Counted from the first letter of the stretch, positions 34,619 through 45,781 are shown. The stretch: DNA of 64,000 bases from an uncultured archaeon (GCA_963782915.1 CAWALK010000025.1:1-64000), one strand, 5' to 3'. The notes: generated by a model from the sequence alone, not told the origin. Program-made: numbers and translations.

Positions 34619-34996
34619 TTGTCACAGAATGTTTGGAATAAACCTGTAATCTGTATTTTTAAAGAACGCACAGGAGACCACTGGGAATCTGACCCGTTTG
34701 TGGTTGTTAAAGCTAAACAAGTAACCGTAACCCCGCAAGACAACCAAAAATATGTTGGAGTCCTCACGGACTTCTTTACTCTTATGGGCGATGCAGAGTA
34801 CATTTCTTCAGCCGAAGGCAAAGCCGACCACTATGTAATGTGCTGGTTTGACGACACAGAACCCGACATGACCAAAGACCTCCGCCGATTAAGAGGCGTA
34901 AGGTTCAGCGGCGAAGTAACGCATAGCGAAAACCCCAAAACCCACAAACGAACATACAACGGCACCTTCACGGCAGAACAAGCAAAACTAACCTAA
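34619..34996 (+). CDS. hypothetical protein
   Basis: Clean ORF, GAGG upstream. Confidence 0.65.
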   Translation: MSQNVWNKPVICIFKERTGDHWESDPFVVVKAKQVTVTPQDNQKYVGVLTDFFTLMGDAEYISSAEGKADHYVMCWFDDTEPDMTKDLRRLRGVRFSGEVTHSENPKTHKRTYNGTFTAEQAKLT

Positions 34997-35161
34997 ACCC
35001 CTCCCTTATTCAACATAAACTTGTTAAGCTACAGAGGCAGCGCTGCCTCTACCATGCAATAAATCCCCATAATTTATTGAGTTAATTGGCAATTTTATGC
35101 TATTTTTAAACTTACTCTTAAATATAACTTGATAAATTTCTATGGGATAAGGTCGTAGAGA

Positions 35162-35572
35162 ATGGTAGAGCAAAAACTACGCGCTATACTAATTACTGGC
35201 AGGACTATTGAACAGGGCGTTGGAAAAGAGCTTGGAAAAGGCTCCATAGAATACTATGATAGCTGCGCCGTTTGTTTCTTCAACAAAACCGACATGACAA
35301 AACTCGGCATAAAAAACGGCTCAATCGTCAAAGTCACCTCCAAATATGGCTCAGTCATAGTTAAAGCCCAAAAATATCAATGGGGCGTCAACCCAGGAAT
35401 GGTTTTCATACCCTGCGGTTCATGGGCAAACGCAATAACAGGCGACGAAACCTTCAGCATGGGCATGCCACTCTTCAAAGGATTCCCAGTTGAAGTAGAA
35501 GCAGCACCAAACGAGCCCATCATGACCTTAGATGAGCTCTTAATGAAACAGTTTGGAAGGAACAGTTTATGA
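35162..35572 (+). CDS. fwdD: formylmethanofuran dehydrogenase subunit D
   Basis: LITGRTIEQG, VFIPCGSWAN, GMPLFKG. Confidence 0.93.
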   Translation: MVEQKLRAILITGRTIEQGVGKELGKGSIEYYDSCAVCFFNKTDMTKLGIKNGSIVKVTSKYGSVIVKAQKYQWGVNPGMVFIPCGSWANAITGDETFSMGMPLFKGFPVEVEAAPNEPIMTLDELLMKQFGRNSL

Positions 35573-37135
35573 CCGAAATAAAAAATGTTGTTTGTCCAAT
35601 CTGCGGTTGCCTCTGCGATGACTTAGAAGTCACCGTGGAAAACAACGAAATCGTCAAAATGAAAAACGGATGCGCCGTATGCGAAGCCAAAATGGTACAT
35701 GGCTACAAAAGCGAAGAACGCATCCTAAAACCCATGATAAGAAAAGACGGCAAACTTACACCAGTCACCATGGATGAAGCTGTAAAGAAAGCAGCCCAAA
35801 TCCTCACCGACGCAAAATATCCACTGCTCTTCGGCTGGAGCAGCACTGTGGGCGAAGCACAACGCATCGGCGTCGAATTAGCCGAAGAACTCGGATCAGC
35901 ACTAGACAACTGCTGCAGCGTCTGCCACGGACCATCCGTCATGGCAACACAAGAAATCGGCATACCCGCAGCAACACTAGGCCAAATCCGCCACAGAGCA
36001 GACTTAATCGTTTACTGGGCATGCAACCCATGGACAAGCCACCCACGCCACGTAGAACGCTACACCGCGTTCACCGACGGCCGCTTCGAAGGCAGCGAAT
36101 GGAAAAGCTACATGAACAAAATGAAAGCAGGCGCAAGCCGCAAAAAAATGGAAGTAGCCTCCAAACGCATCGACCGCGAAGAAGCACACATTAACCCACA
36201 AGTAGACATCAACGGCCCTCCACCACAAACACTACTGAAAGCCAGGCCGCAAAATGATTGTAGTCGATGTAAGAAAAACCATGACTGCAGAAGCAGCCGA
36301 CTACTTCATGCAAATCGAACCCAACCGCGACTACGACGTAATCGAAGCCCTACGCTGTCTAGTTCAAGATCAAGAATTAGATGTTGAAAAAGTCGGCGGA
36401 GTCCCAGTTGAATACCTGAGAGATGTCGCGGATGCCATGGTGAGTTGTGAATTCGGTGTAATTTACTTCGGACTTGGCATGACTCAAACTTTAGGCCGAT
36501 TCAGAAACATCGAAGTCGCCATCGCACTAGCAAGGGACCTTAACCGCAAAACAAAATTCATCATTTCACCCATGCGTGGACACTTCAACGTCACAGGCGC
36601 AAACACCGTGTTTGCTTGGCAAACAGGTTACCCATACGCAATTGACTTCTCACAGGGGTATCCACAATTTAACCCCGGAGAAAACACAGCCGTCGACCTA
36701 CTCAAACGAGGCGACAACGACGCAACACTAGTCATCTCCGCAGACCCAGGCGCCCACTTCCCCAAAGTCACCATGCAAAACATGATGAAGCACCCACTCA
36801 TCACCATCAACCCAGACATGAACGCCATCTCACGCTTAGGCGACGTCGTGTTCCCAGCACAATGGTGCGGCATAGAATACGAAGGCACAGCATACCGCAT
36901 GGATTCAGTCCCAATCACACTCAAAAAAGTAGTAGAAGCACCACCGGGAATCTTAACTGACGAGGAACTTTTAATTCGCATACTTGCTGAAGTCCGCGCA
37001 ATCAAAACCAAACGGGGCGAACCAGTCGAGCAATCCGAGTTAAAGTTTGCTCACCAACCTGATGCTCCCAGAGTATGCCCTGTTCCGGCAGCTAAACCTA
37101 AAAAAACAGTTAAAAAGCACAAGGAGTCCGCTTAA
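35569..37135 (+). CDS. fwdB: formylmethanofuran dehydrogenase subunit B (frameshift ~36240)
   Basis: CPICGCLCDD, VCHGPS, HPRH, MRGHFNVTG, WQTGYP, GTAYRMD. Confidence 0.95.
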
Positions 37136-38836
37136 ATGACTGAGATATTAATTAAAAACGGCTTTGTAGTTGACCCACTAAACAAGATTAACTGCCAAAA
37201 GATGGATATAGCCATCAAAGACGGCAAAATCGTAGAGAAAGTCAACGAGAAAACCGCGCAGATAATCGATGCTTCTGGCTTAACAGTTATGGCTGGCGGA
37301 GTAGACATCCACAGTCACGTAGCCGGCGCAGAAGTTAACATGGGCCGCATGATCCGCCCCGAAGACCACTACAAAGACCCAGTACACAAAACAACCATCA
37401 CACGCGCAGGCACAGGCTACTCAATCCCATCCACCTTCGTCACAGGCTACCGCTACTCAGAGATGGGTTACACCTCAGTCTTCAACGGCTCCATAGCACC
37501 GCTCAAAGCTAAACATGCCCATGAAGAATTAAACGACATACCCCTAATGGACAAAGCAACTTACGTTTTAACAGGCGACTGGTGGTTTGTCCTCGAACAA
37601 CTCGCAAAAGGCGACATAGACGAATGCGCCCGCCGTGTCTCATGGTTAATGAACGCCTCCAAAGGCTATGCAATCAAAGTTGTTAACCCCGGTGGCTTAG
37701 AAGCTTGGGGTTTCGGACACAACGTTCACAGCATCGACGATGTGGTGCCTAACTTCGGCATTACCCCACGTGAAATCATGCGTGGATTAATCAAAGTTAA
37801 CAAGATACTCAACATGCCCCACACAATCCACCTGCACACTAACAATCTAGGTATACCTGGCAACTACCAAACCACACTGGATACCATGAAAGCGCTAGAA
37901 GACTTATCCACTGACGGTAAACCAGTCTGCCACATTACCCACATTCAATTTGCCAGTTTCAAAGGCGAAAACTGGGGCAAATTCAAATCAGGCGCAGAAG
38001 AAATCGCCAACTACATGAACGCCCACAATCACATTACATTAGACATGGGTCAAGTAACATTCAAGGACACCACAACCATGACCGCTGACGGGCCATTCGA
38101 GTTCTCACTCTACGAGCTAGGCGGACACAACAAATGGGTAAACAGCGACGTTGAAACTGAAAGCAGCGGCGGCATCATACCCTTCCACTACAAGAAAAAC
38201 AGCCCCGTCAACGCATTACAGTGGTCAATCGGCTTAGAAATCGCTCTACTCATCAAGGATCCATGGAAAATCTTCATGACCACAGACCACCCCAACGGCG
38301 GACCATTCTACGATTACCCCAAAGTCCTCTCTTGGCTATACAGCAAAAAAGCACGTGAAGCAACACTTGCAAAATGCCACAAGAGCGCCAAGCGAAAAAG
38401 TTTACTCCCATCAATCGACCGCGAATTGAGCCTCTACGAAATCGCCATCATGACCCGCGCTGGAACCGCCAAAGCCTTAGGGTTACCCAACAAAGGCCAC
38501 TTAGGCGTCGGCGCAGATGCAGACATTGCAATCTTTAACATTAACCCAGAAACCCAAGACATCGCCCAGAAATTCAGAACCGCCCGCAAAGCCTTCGCCA
38601 ACACAGCATACACAATCAAAGACGGCACAGTAGTCGTCAAAGACGGCCAAGTAGTTAACGGCCAAGTCCCAGGCAGAACCCTGTGGGTTGATTCACAAAC
38701 AAAGGACCCATGCGAGATTGACGAAGAAATGAAGCGCAGATTCAAAGAATACTGGACAATCGAATACGAAAACTACGCAGTCACAGACCACTACGTTAAG
38801 GTTTCAGACAAATTAAGCATAAAGGCAAGTGTCTAA
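37136..38836 (+). CDS. fwdA: formylmethanofuran dehydrogenase subunit A
   Basis: GGVDIHSH, KVVNPGG, HLHTNNLG, TTDHPNGG, TRAGTAK. Confidence 0.97.
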   Translation: MTEILIKNGFVVDPLNKINCQKMDIAIKDGKIVEKVNEKTAQIIDASGLTVMAGGVDIHSHVAGAEVNMGRMIRPEDHYKDPVHKTTITRAGTGYSIPSTFVTGYRYSEMGYTSVFNGSIAPLKAKHAHEELNDIPLMDKATYVLTGDWWFVLEQLAKGDIDECARRVSWLMNASKGYAIKVVNPGGLEAWGFGHNVHSIDDVVPNFGITPREIMRGLIKVNKILNMPHTIHLHTNNLGIPGNYQTTLDTMKALEDLSTDGKPVCHITHIQFASFKGENWGKFKSGAEEIANYMNAHNHITLDMGQVTFKDTTTMTADGPFEFSLYELGGHNKWVNSDVETESSGGIIPFHYKKNSPVNALQWSIGLEIALLIKDPWKIFMTTDHPNGGPFYDYPKVLSWLYSKKAREATLAKCHKSAKRKSLLPSIDRELSLYEIAIMTRAGTAKALGLPNKGHLGVGADADIAIFNINPETQDIAQKFRTARKAFANTAYTIKDGTVVVKDGQVVNGQVPGRTLWVDSQTKDPCEIDEEMKRRFKEYWTIEYENYAVTDHYVKVSDKLSIKASV

Positions 38837-38838
38837 AC

Positions 38839-39648
38839 ATGATAACCCTAACACCTCTTAGAGCATTCGATGTTCCAATCCAAGCACCCTGCATAACACC
38901 CGAAAACTTTACAGGCAAAAGCGTTGCAGAAATCGCGAAAATGCCCCTAACAGAAGGCGTCCGAAACCTAACCTTAGCTGACCTCTTCAAAATCGAACAG
39001 AGCCCAGCTGAGACCCCGAGCATCACCATAAACGGCGAATGCAGTAAAGTCAAACGCGTCGGCCAAGGCATGAAAACCGGCGAAATCGTCGTAAACGGCA
39101 ACATCGGTATGCACACAGGCGAAAAAATGAATGGCGGCAAAATCACAGTAAACGGCAACAGCGGCGGATGGACAGGCAGCGAAATGAAAAAAGGCATCAT
39201 CGAAATCCACGGCGACGCAGGCGACTATACCGCTTCACCTTACAGAGGCAACGACCTCGGAATGAAAGGCGGCTTAATCACCGTTGACGGCAACGTCGGT
39301 ACAGATGTCGGCTGCTATCTCCAAGGCGGCATCATAAAAATCAAAGGCAACGCAGGCAGATTCCTCGGATTCCACATGAGCGAAGGCGCAATCTACGTTG
39401 AAAAAGACTGCGATGTCCGCACAGGCGCACTTATGAACGGCGGCAAAATCGTTGTCGGAGGCAAACTGGAAATCTTGCCCTCATTCACTATCGACAGCGT
39501 TAAACCTAAAGTCAAAGTGGACGATACCCTAAACGTGCCAGGACCATTCTATGTGTTCCTTGGCGACTTGTCTGAGCATGGCACCGGCAAAATCTTCGCT
39601 AACAAAGCAAACAATCCTGACCTTAAATTCTACGAGAAATACCTCTAA
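38839..39648 (+). CDS. fwdC: formylmethanofuran dehydrogenase subunit C
   Basis: GxxMxxG beta-helix repeats, FLGDL. Confidence 0.95.
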   Translation: MITLTPLRAFDVPIQAPCITPENFTGKSVAEIAKMPLTEGVRNLTLADLFKIEQSPAETPSITINGECSKVKRVGQGMKTGEIVVNGNIGMHTGEKMNGGKITVNGNSGGWTGSEMKKGIIEIHGDAGDYTASPYRGNDLGMKGGLITVDGNVGTDVGCYLQGGIIKIKGNAGRFLGFHMSEGAIYVEKDCDVRTGALMNGGKIVVGGKLEILPSFTIDSVKPKVKVDDTLNVPGPFYVFLGDLSEHGTGKIFANKANNPDLKFYEKYL

Positions 39649-39725
39649 ACCTTCTTTGGCGACGCGTTTTGCGTTAGCCACACAACTTTTCATTTCTTAA
39701 AAATGCTAAAGAATAGATTGCTAAT

Positions 39726-40040
39726 TTACCATCGCTTTTTTCGCTCGCCACTCAATTCACGAGTCAATACCCCAACGAAGTCCTGATGCTTCCTAAGTAT
39801 GTCATGCCATATGTGGCCTTTCTCAGTCAAAACAAATCCCTCATCTTTGTTTCCGGATATTAGTTTGTTCTGCTGTAGGTACTCTATTGTGTTATCTGTT
39901 TGGTATTGGTTACCTGCCCGTCTGTATACATCATACCAGACTGCTTTGCCCTTCTGAGTTTCTGCCGACTGGATAATGTCCAAGTATTCTTTGAGTCTTT
40001 CAGCCGCTCTAGAGGGTGGCGGCGAATGGGTTCGCGGCAT
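39726..40040 (-). CDS. winged-helix protein
   Basis: IEYLQQNKLI...FVLTEKG. Confidence 0.65.
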   Translation of the reverse strand: MPRTHSPPPSRAAERLKEYLDIIQSAETQKGKAVWYDVYRRAGNQYQTDNTIEYLQQNKLISGNKDEGFVLTEKGHIWHDILRKHQDFVGVLTRELSGERKKRW

Positions 40041-40043
40041 TAC

Positions 40044-40427
40044 TTAATCCCGTTTTGCTTTCTGTTCTCTGTATTCTTTCACTCGGAGACTTTTTTCGAG
40101 GCTAAACAATGTTTGGTATCGTGCATTGAGTTTGCTATAGCGATATAGTACACATGCGCCAGCGCCTATCGGTATCAAATTGACAAATATTACCCATATT
40201 GCAAGGAATCCGATGTTTGATAAGTCGATGCTGCCTGTTAGGTATAAGTAGAAGTCTAAGCCCAAACCGAATGCCAGCATGTAAAATCCCAGAAGGAAAT
40301 ATGCCGATACTGCCTCGTTTAGGTCTTTGGCGATTGTTCGGGCATCCTTTGAAAGCTCATCGTATACTATGTTTAGTGCTTTTAAGTCAGAGTCTATGGC
40401 TTGATTTTCATTTGACATATACTTCAT
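40044..40427 (-). CDS. two-TM membrane protein
   Basis: Two hydrophobic helices. Confidence 0.6.
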   Translation of the reverse strand: MKYMSNENQAIDSDLKALNIVYDELSKDARTIAKDLNEAVSAYFLLGFYMLAFGLGLDFYLYLTGSIDLSNIGFLAIWVIFVNLIPIGAGACVLYRYSKLNARYQTLFSLEKSLRVKEYREQKAKRD

Positions 40428-40579
40428 CTGTTTACTCTATAGAGTGGCTGCTCGGTTATTTCTGGTTAATTCTATACATTAGTTCATGCTAATTTCTACA
40501 CGTTTATTCCGGTTAAGTTAGAGCCGAATAACTTATCAGGTGGGTTAGACTCAAAAAAGCAATACAAGAGGATACTGTT

Positions 40580-41366
40580 ATGCGTCAAGTTGACATGACA
40601 AGGCTTGACTTATCAACAAGAACAGCAGTAAAAATGCGTGATTACGTCGCTGAAGAGGTTCCGCTGCAAATCACCGTTAACGGCGCTTACTCTTTTGTTA
40701 TTTGGTCTTCTCCTTCACAGTTTAAAGAGTTGGCGGTGGGTCACTTATTCGCCGAAGACATCCTGCGTAACGCAGATGAAATCGAGTCATTAACCTCTAA
40801 CGAAGCAAACAACACCTGTCAATTGCAGCTAAAACCCAGCATAAACCTCGACGAACGCCTCAAAAACCAGCGCCGAGGCACCCGCATAATCCCACTCATT
40901 AAAGCCAGCCACCTCAGCTTATCAACACGACGAAAAATTAATCGCTGTAAAATCCGATTTAACGATTAAAGCCCAAGTCATACTCGACGCCGTTAATCAA
41001 ATGAACGAAAAAGCCCTGGGCTTCAAAGAAACCGGCGGCTTACATGACTCAGGCATCTTCAAAGCAGACGGCACAATGGTTGCCTTCTCCGAAGACGTCG
41101 GCAGACACAACACCGTAGACAAAGTCATCGGGCAAGCATTGCTTAACAGGGAAAATTTTGCTGAATGCTTCATGTTTATCACGGGTCGTGTGCCGGGAGA
41201 CATGATTTACAAGGCAGCCAAAGTCGGTTTACCCATAGTGGCTTCGGGGGCGGCAGTGCTGAACTCAGGGATTTCATCGGCTGAAAAAGCAAACATTACA
41301 TTGGTTGGGTTTGTGCGGGGCAAACGCATGAACATCTACACTTGCCCGGAACGGATTCTTCTCTAA
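40580..41366 (+). CDS. fdhD: formate dehydrogenase accessory sulfurtransferase FdhD (frameshifted)
   Basis: VAEEVPL, ELAVGHLFAE, TGGLH, EDVGRHNTVDKVIG, TLVGFVRG. Confidence 0.92.
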
Positions 41367-42376
41367 GCACCGATTTTTTCTATGCAAAACGCTTTATCAG
41401 CAAGAGCTCGTTGTGCAAGTGATGTGCAATCGTTTGCTGTGTAAGCTTCCGCTTCTTTTCCGTAGTTTTCTGCTGCTTTTGCATAGGTTTGTTTTGCTAC
41501 GGTTTTTTTGGATAGTTTGAGTTGGGTTTCGCCGAGTTTTTCCTCGCTTAGTGCAGCCCAGAAAACAAGTTTATTCGCTTCAAAGTGGCAGGCGCAGTCG
41601 GCGAAAACAGGCAGAGCCTCCAAAAATTTGCCTTCACCGAGTAACTTTTGCCCATCCCTCAACTGTTGTAGTTGCTCAACCGGTAGGTTTGCTCTGTGGA
41701 AGCAGACGTCCTCAATAACTGGTCCTTCGATTGAGCGGGTTTTGAGGTTGGCGAGGTCTTCTTGGGAGTTAATGTTAACAAAACTTTTGAGTTCAGGGTC
41801 CAAGTTGCGGATTTGTTGAAGCGGCGAAACCAGATGGAGCGTGCTTGAGCTTCTTATGATGCCGTCTGCGTTGGCTCTGTTGAGTGCACAAAGCGTCAGC
41901 GCGGTTTCGATGCAGCTTTCCCGTTCTATTGCCATGAGTAGGGTTTCGATTGTGCCGTCTGGCCAGATTGGAACCGCCACGTTATAGTTTTTGCAGGCTT
42001 CAAGGAGGTAGTCGGCAACTTGTGGTTTTAAAAAGGGCATGTCCGTTGGCACTATGAGGCAGTATTGGGCGTTGGTTGCCTGTAATCCCGATGCTATGGC
42101 TAGGAGCGGTCCTTGGACTGGGCTGTTTTGTTGGTCCACTACAAACCTGACTTTTCCCGTTGCTTGTTTTTCTAGAAGCTGCTTGTATTGGGTTAAGCGT
42201 TGTTCATCGTTAACGCATACAAGAATCTCGTCTACAACGCCCTTTAAGTTCTCGATAACATGTACCAGAAGCGGTTTGCCATCGACTTCTGCGAGCGCTT
42301 TATCCTGCCACTGATTTGATGTTTGGAACCGTTTAGCGCTACCACCTGCTAAAATCAGCGCAGCATGATTACCCAT
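41363..42376 (-). CDS. mobA: molybdenum cofactor guanylyltransferase with C-terminal helical extension
   Basis: ILAGGSAKRF, DKAL, GPL..I, PTDMPF, FVNINS. Confidence 0.88.
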   Translation of the reverse strand: MGNHAALILAGGSAKRFQTSNQWQDKALAEVDGKPLLVHVIENLKGVVDEILVCVNDEQRLTQYKQLLEKQATGKVRFVVDQQNSPVQGPLLAIASGLQATNAQYCLIVPTDMPFLKPQVADYLLEACKNYNVAVPIWPDGTIETLLMAIERESCIETALTLCALNRANADGIIRSSSTLHLVSPLQQIRNLDPELKSFVNINSQEDLANLKTRSIEGPVIEDVCFHRANLPVEQLQQLRDGQKLLGEGKFLEALPVFADCACHFEANKLVFWAALSEEKLGETQLKLSKKTVAKQTYAKAAENYGKEAEAYTANDCTSLAQRALADKAFCIEKIGA

Positions 42377-42385
42377 AGTTTTCCC

Positions 42386-42941
42386 CTAAAGAGATGCGTC
42401 CAGTCTGTTTCTGATTAGTTTAACGAGTTTTTCCCCGTCTTTGGGCACTTTGATTAGGGGGATTTCGCCGAAGCATTCTTCGGTGCTGTTTTCGGCTACT
42501 ACGCCTGTTACGGCTAAAATTGGGGGTACTGTGCCCTGCAATGTTCTTTCCAGGTCGGCTTGGTCTTTTGCCGTTAATGATTTTCGGTATATCTGCGCGT
42601 TTGGCGATTAAGTTGTGGAATCCTTCGATGAAGATTATGTCGAGTTTCTCTTTTTCTAGTAAGCTTAGGATTTTGTCGAGGTCGTTTAGTTCGCGGCCGG
42701 TTTTTTTGATGATGTCGATTTCCGTGGGGGAAATGGCGACGACGACTTTAGATCCTGCTTGGGCATAACGCCATGTGTTGGTGCCTTCTCGGTCGATGGA
42801 GAAGTCTTTGTGGTGTATGTGTTTGATGGCTCCGACACTGAGCCCTTCGTCCGAGAAGCGGCTGATTAAATACTCGATGGTCGTTGTTTTTCCTGAACCG
42901 CTCTGCCCCACTGCGGCGACAATTAAAACCGTACGTTTCAC
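42386..42941 (-). CDS. mobB: molybdopterin-guanine dinucleotide biosynthesis protein B (frameshifted)
   Basis: GQSGSGKTT, IKHIHH, IEGF. Confidence 0.9.
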
Positions 42942-43042
42942 GCTCTCCTTGAGTCAACGGCTTTGGCGTATAATAAATTATGCCCAACACATGAAGCCTC
43001 AACGATCGGGCGAAGGCGATCAGGAGGTCTTTTGCTCGGAGC

Positions 43043-43122
43043 ACCTACCCCCTCCCTTATTTAAAGGATAAATAGGGTATCTTCTGTTGCTCTGCCGCTA
43101 CCCCCCTCCCCTTATATATAGA
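43043..43122 (+). repeat. dispersed intergenic repeat, copy 4 plus sub-motif
   Basis: acctaccccctcccttatttaaag and ttctgttgctctgccgctacccccctccccttatatataga. Confidence 0.6.
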
Positions 43123-43425
43123 CTGAATTCTGAATAACTTTGCAAACAATGACAGCAATGAACAGCGCAATGAAGTCGGGCACTAGCATGGCCCATTCGA
43201 TATCTTAGCCCGTCACCACCAGAAAAGCAGCCGCCAACCGATAAGCCATCTTGTACCACCCGTGGCACAACACAAAGGACCACAAAAACAAAACCGCCCA
43301 CACACCAACCCACACCCTATAAACAAACCCCACAAACAAAAAACACAACAAAAGAAGCATGTTCAAACAACATCTAGATAATTATGCAAAGTAAGATCCC
43401 TTAAGAACCGATCACTTGCGTCTCT

Positions 43426-43463
43426 GTAGAATGTTATCGGTTCAAATCCGATCGACCCCACCA
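43426..43463 (+). pseudogene. tRNA 3' half (intact T arm, acceptor strand and CCA; Pro-like)
   Basis: ATCGG-TTCAAAT-CCGAT-CGACCCC-A-CCA; no adjacent GGGGTCG 5' half. Confidence 0.75.
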
Positions 43464-43688
43464 AACCATCCACACACACGGTTTGCCAACGACTCACGGC
43501 TTGATTAAGCAATAAATAGCAGTTAAGTGCTTGGTTCAACTGCTGACGGCAGCACAGCGGTTGCACATACACAGCCTGCCAAGCATAAGCGGTAAATAGC
43601 CAGCTAATCTACAGTATGACAATCTATAGACTTTCTGAGTGTATTCGGAAAGCAACAATTTCTTAAAAAATGAAAAAGGTAGTGGTTC

Positions 43689-44267
43689 TTATAATTGAAC
43701 CACCGATACTTGAATTCTGTATTGTCCTACTGGAGCACTGTCTCTAAACGTCAAGCCGATTCCTATATGGGCGGTTTGTCCAGGATTCATTGGTTCATTA
43801 AAGCCTATGTCTGATGGAAGAAACATAATGTATGTTAACACACTGCCTAACGTCGTTGGACCTGATGCTGGATTGACCAATGGGTCGCGTTGTAGAATGA
43901 AAATTGGGCTTGAAGGACTCGATTGGTCTGAACTGGTAATTGGTGAAGGCGGAAATATCTTCACTTCTAATCTAACTTTGGTGTATGCGTTTGGAGAGAC
44001 ATTTTGCACTGAGACATTGTATACATATTCATTGTTCTTGATCATCGTTGCCGTATTGGGATCTGTACCTACCCAACTTACAACGAAGGGTTGATCACTG
44101 ACCGTAAAGGTGCTTGATAGGGTATTGCTTAATATTAAAGCACCTAAGGTAGTTGGTATGAGGACTGCGAGAAGTGACAGCGCTATCAGCATTCTTTTCT
44201 TACGCGTTTTTTCACCTCCCCAGAAGAAATTTAACAAAGAACCGATGGCTAAACTAAGACAAGTCAA
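43689..44267 (-). CDS. secreted beta-rich protein, paralogue A (start uncertain)
   Basis: Signal peptide; shares NVSPN.Y, IFPPSPI, LTFRDSAPVGQY with the next gene. Confidence 0.7.
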   Translation of the reverse strand: MTCLSLAIGSLLNFFWGGEKTRKKRMLIALSLLAVLIPTTLGALILSNTLSSTFTVSDQPFVVSWVGTDPNTATMIKNNEYVYNVSVQNVSPNAYTKVRLEVKIFPPSPITSSDQSSPSSPIFILQRDPLVNPASGPTTLGSVLTYIMFLPSDIGFNEPMNPGQTAHIGIGLTFRDSAPVGQYRIQVSVVQL

Positions 44268-44457
44268 ATACGAAAAATCCTAAAAAGGCAGGCATTCTTA
44301 GCGTCGATTCTTTTGAGTACCCATCAATAGGTATCTTACCCATAGAATATAAGCGGTTGCTGGAACAAACTGTAACACTATCAGTTAAAACTCCTAAAAA
44401 AGGGGTAATAAGAGAAGATTAGAATATAGCCTGACGGCGTTCAATACTCCGCTTGTC

Positions 44458-45033
44458 CTAATAAGAAGACACTGATGCCTGAATGCTGTATTGTCCTACT
44501 GGGGCACTATCTCTAAATGTCAAGTTGATTACTACGTAGATGGTTTGTCCAGGGTTTATTGGGGCACCAAAAGAATATTCTGATGGAAGGGTCAGCATAT
44601 AAGTCAGTACACTTCCCACTGTTGATGGGGCTACTGGAACGCCAAGATTACCATTACGTTCGTGTTGCGAAAGCCAAATTGGGGATGAATCGAGCCCTGG
44701 CGGTGCACTATTGATTGGTGAGGGCGGAATTATCTTTACTACTAGGGTACTGTTTTGGTAGGTGTATGTGTTCGGTGAGACGTTGTGTACTGATATGTTG
44801 TATACATATGGGTTATTCTTGAGCATAGTTACCGAATTAGGATTCGCACCCTCCCAGCCTATGACGAATGGTGAGTCAGAGACTGTAAAGGTGCTCGACA
44901 ACATATTGCTTAATACTATAGCACCCAGAGCTGTTGGTATAAAAACTGCCAGAAGTGACAGCGACAGTAGCAGTCTTTTCTTTCTTTGCATTTTTTCACC
45001 TCCGAAAAAAGCGTACAAAAGAACCAACGCCAA
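44458..45033 (-). CDS. secreted beta-rich protein, paralogue B (probable start MQRKKR)
   Basis: Tandem paralogue of the previous gene. Confidence 0.7.
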   Translation of the reverse strand: MALVLLYAFFGGEKMQRKKRLLLSLSLLAVFIPTALGAIVLSNMLSSTFTVSDSPFVIGWEGANPNSVTMLKNNPYVYNISVHNVSPNTYTYQNSTLVVKIIPPSPINSAPPGLDSSPIWLSQHERNGNLGVPVAPSTVGSVLTYMLTLPSEYSFGAPINPGQTIYVVINLTFRDSAPVGQYSIQASVSSY

Positions 45034-45295
45034 CGGCAGAAAAGCAAAATGGGCGCGCGCGAGCTTTTTCTTAAACCATCAGCCTAACTGCTTTGCATCG
45101 GCTGTTTTGGATATTAATAGATACTCACTCAAAGGATATAATCGGTAGCTGGCTACACTTAAAACATTACCAATCACACAATAATATAGAAATTCTAATT
45201 CGTAGTTCTATATTTTGCATACTTGCCTGTGCTGCAAATTGGTATCTTGTAAATACGTTTTAATCTAGTAATGATGCGGTATATGCGCACTTTAC

Positions 45296-45781
45296 CTATT
45301 TCAGTTTCCTATATTGACTTACTCTATTCTGAATAGTTGACTGAACAACCCCATTATCCCTAAACTGAAAAACCAAACCCTGCTCCAGCCCCACAGCATC
45401 TTTGAACGATAGAAGCAGAAACCTGTTATTAATCCTCCACAACAAACCTGGAATAGCGCCAAAAACTATCCAGCGAAAGGAACTAATCCGCTCCTGATTA
45501 ACAACCTGAATACCTATAATGTCACCATAGGCTACTGAGATGAATGGCTTATCACTGAACAATTCTTGGCTCTTCTCTGATTTGAATTGGAAAAAGCCAA
45601 GCCCATTATCGGTGAATCGTAGCAATACTCTCATTCCGTTGCCATGTTGTACGCTGCCGCCGAGGTAGGCTCCTCGTATTCTGAGCGATTTGGTAACTCT
45701 ATATCGAACATACAAGCTATTGGCTGTTAAACTGCTTAAATAATTGTTGTTTTTACAATTGGGATTCCTCAGCAGTAGCAA
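45296..45781 (-). CDS. hypothetical protein (start uncertain)
   Basis: GAYLGG..H...LRFTDNGL segment, PH-like at best. Confidence 0.45.
   Translation of the reverse strand: MLLLRNPNCKNNNYLSSLTANSLYVRYRVTKSLRIRGAYLGGSVQHGNGMRVLLRFTDNGLGFFQFKSEKSQELFSDKPFISVAYGDIIGIQVVNQERISSFRWIVFGAIPGLLWRINNRFLLLSFKDAVGLEQGLVFQFRDNGVVQSTIQNRVSQYRKLK

Noticed and set aside
35920-35935. Sec-containing FwdB
   Set aside because: The ligand codon is TGC; there is no in-frame TGA and no evident SECIS.
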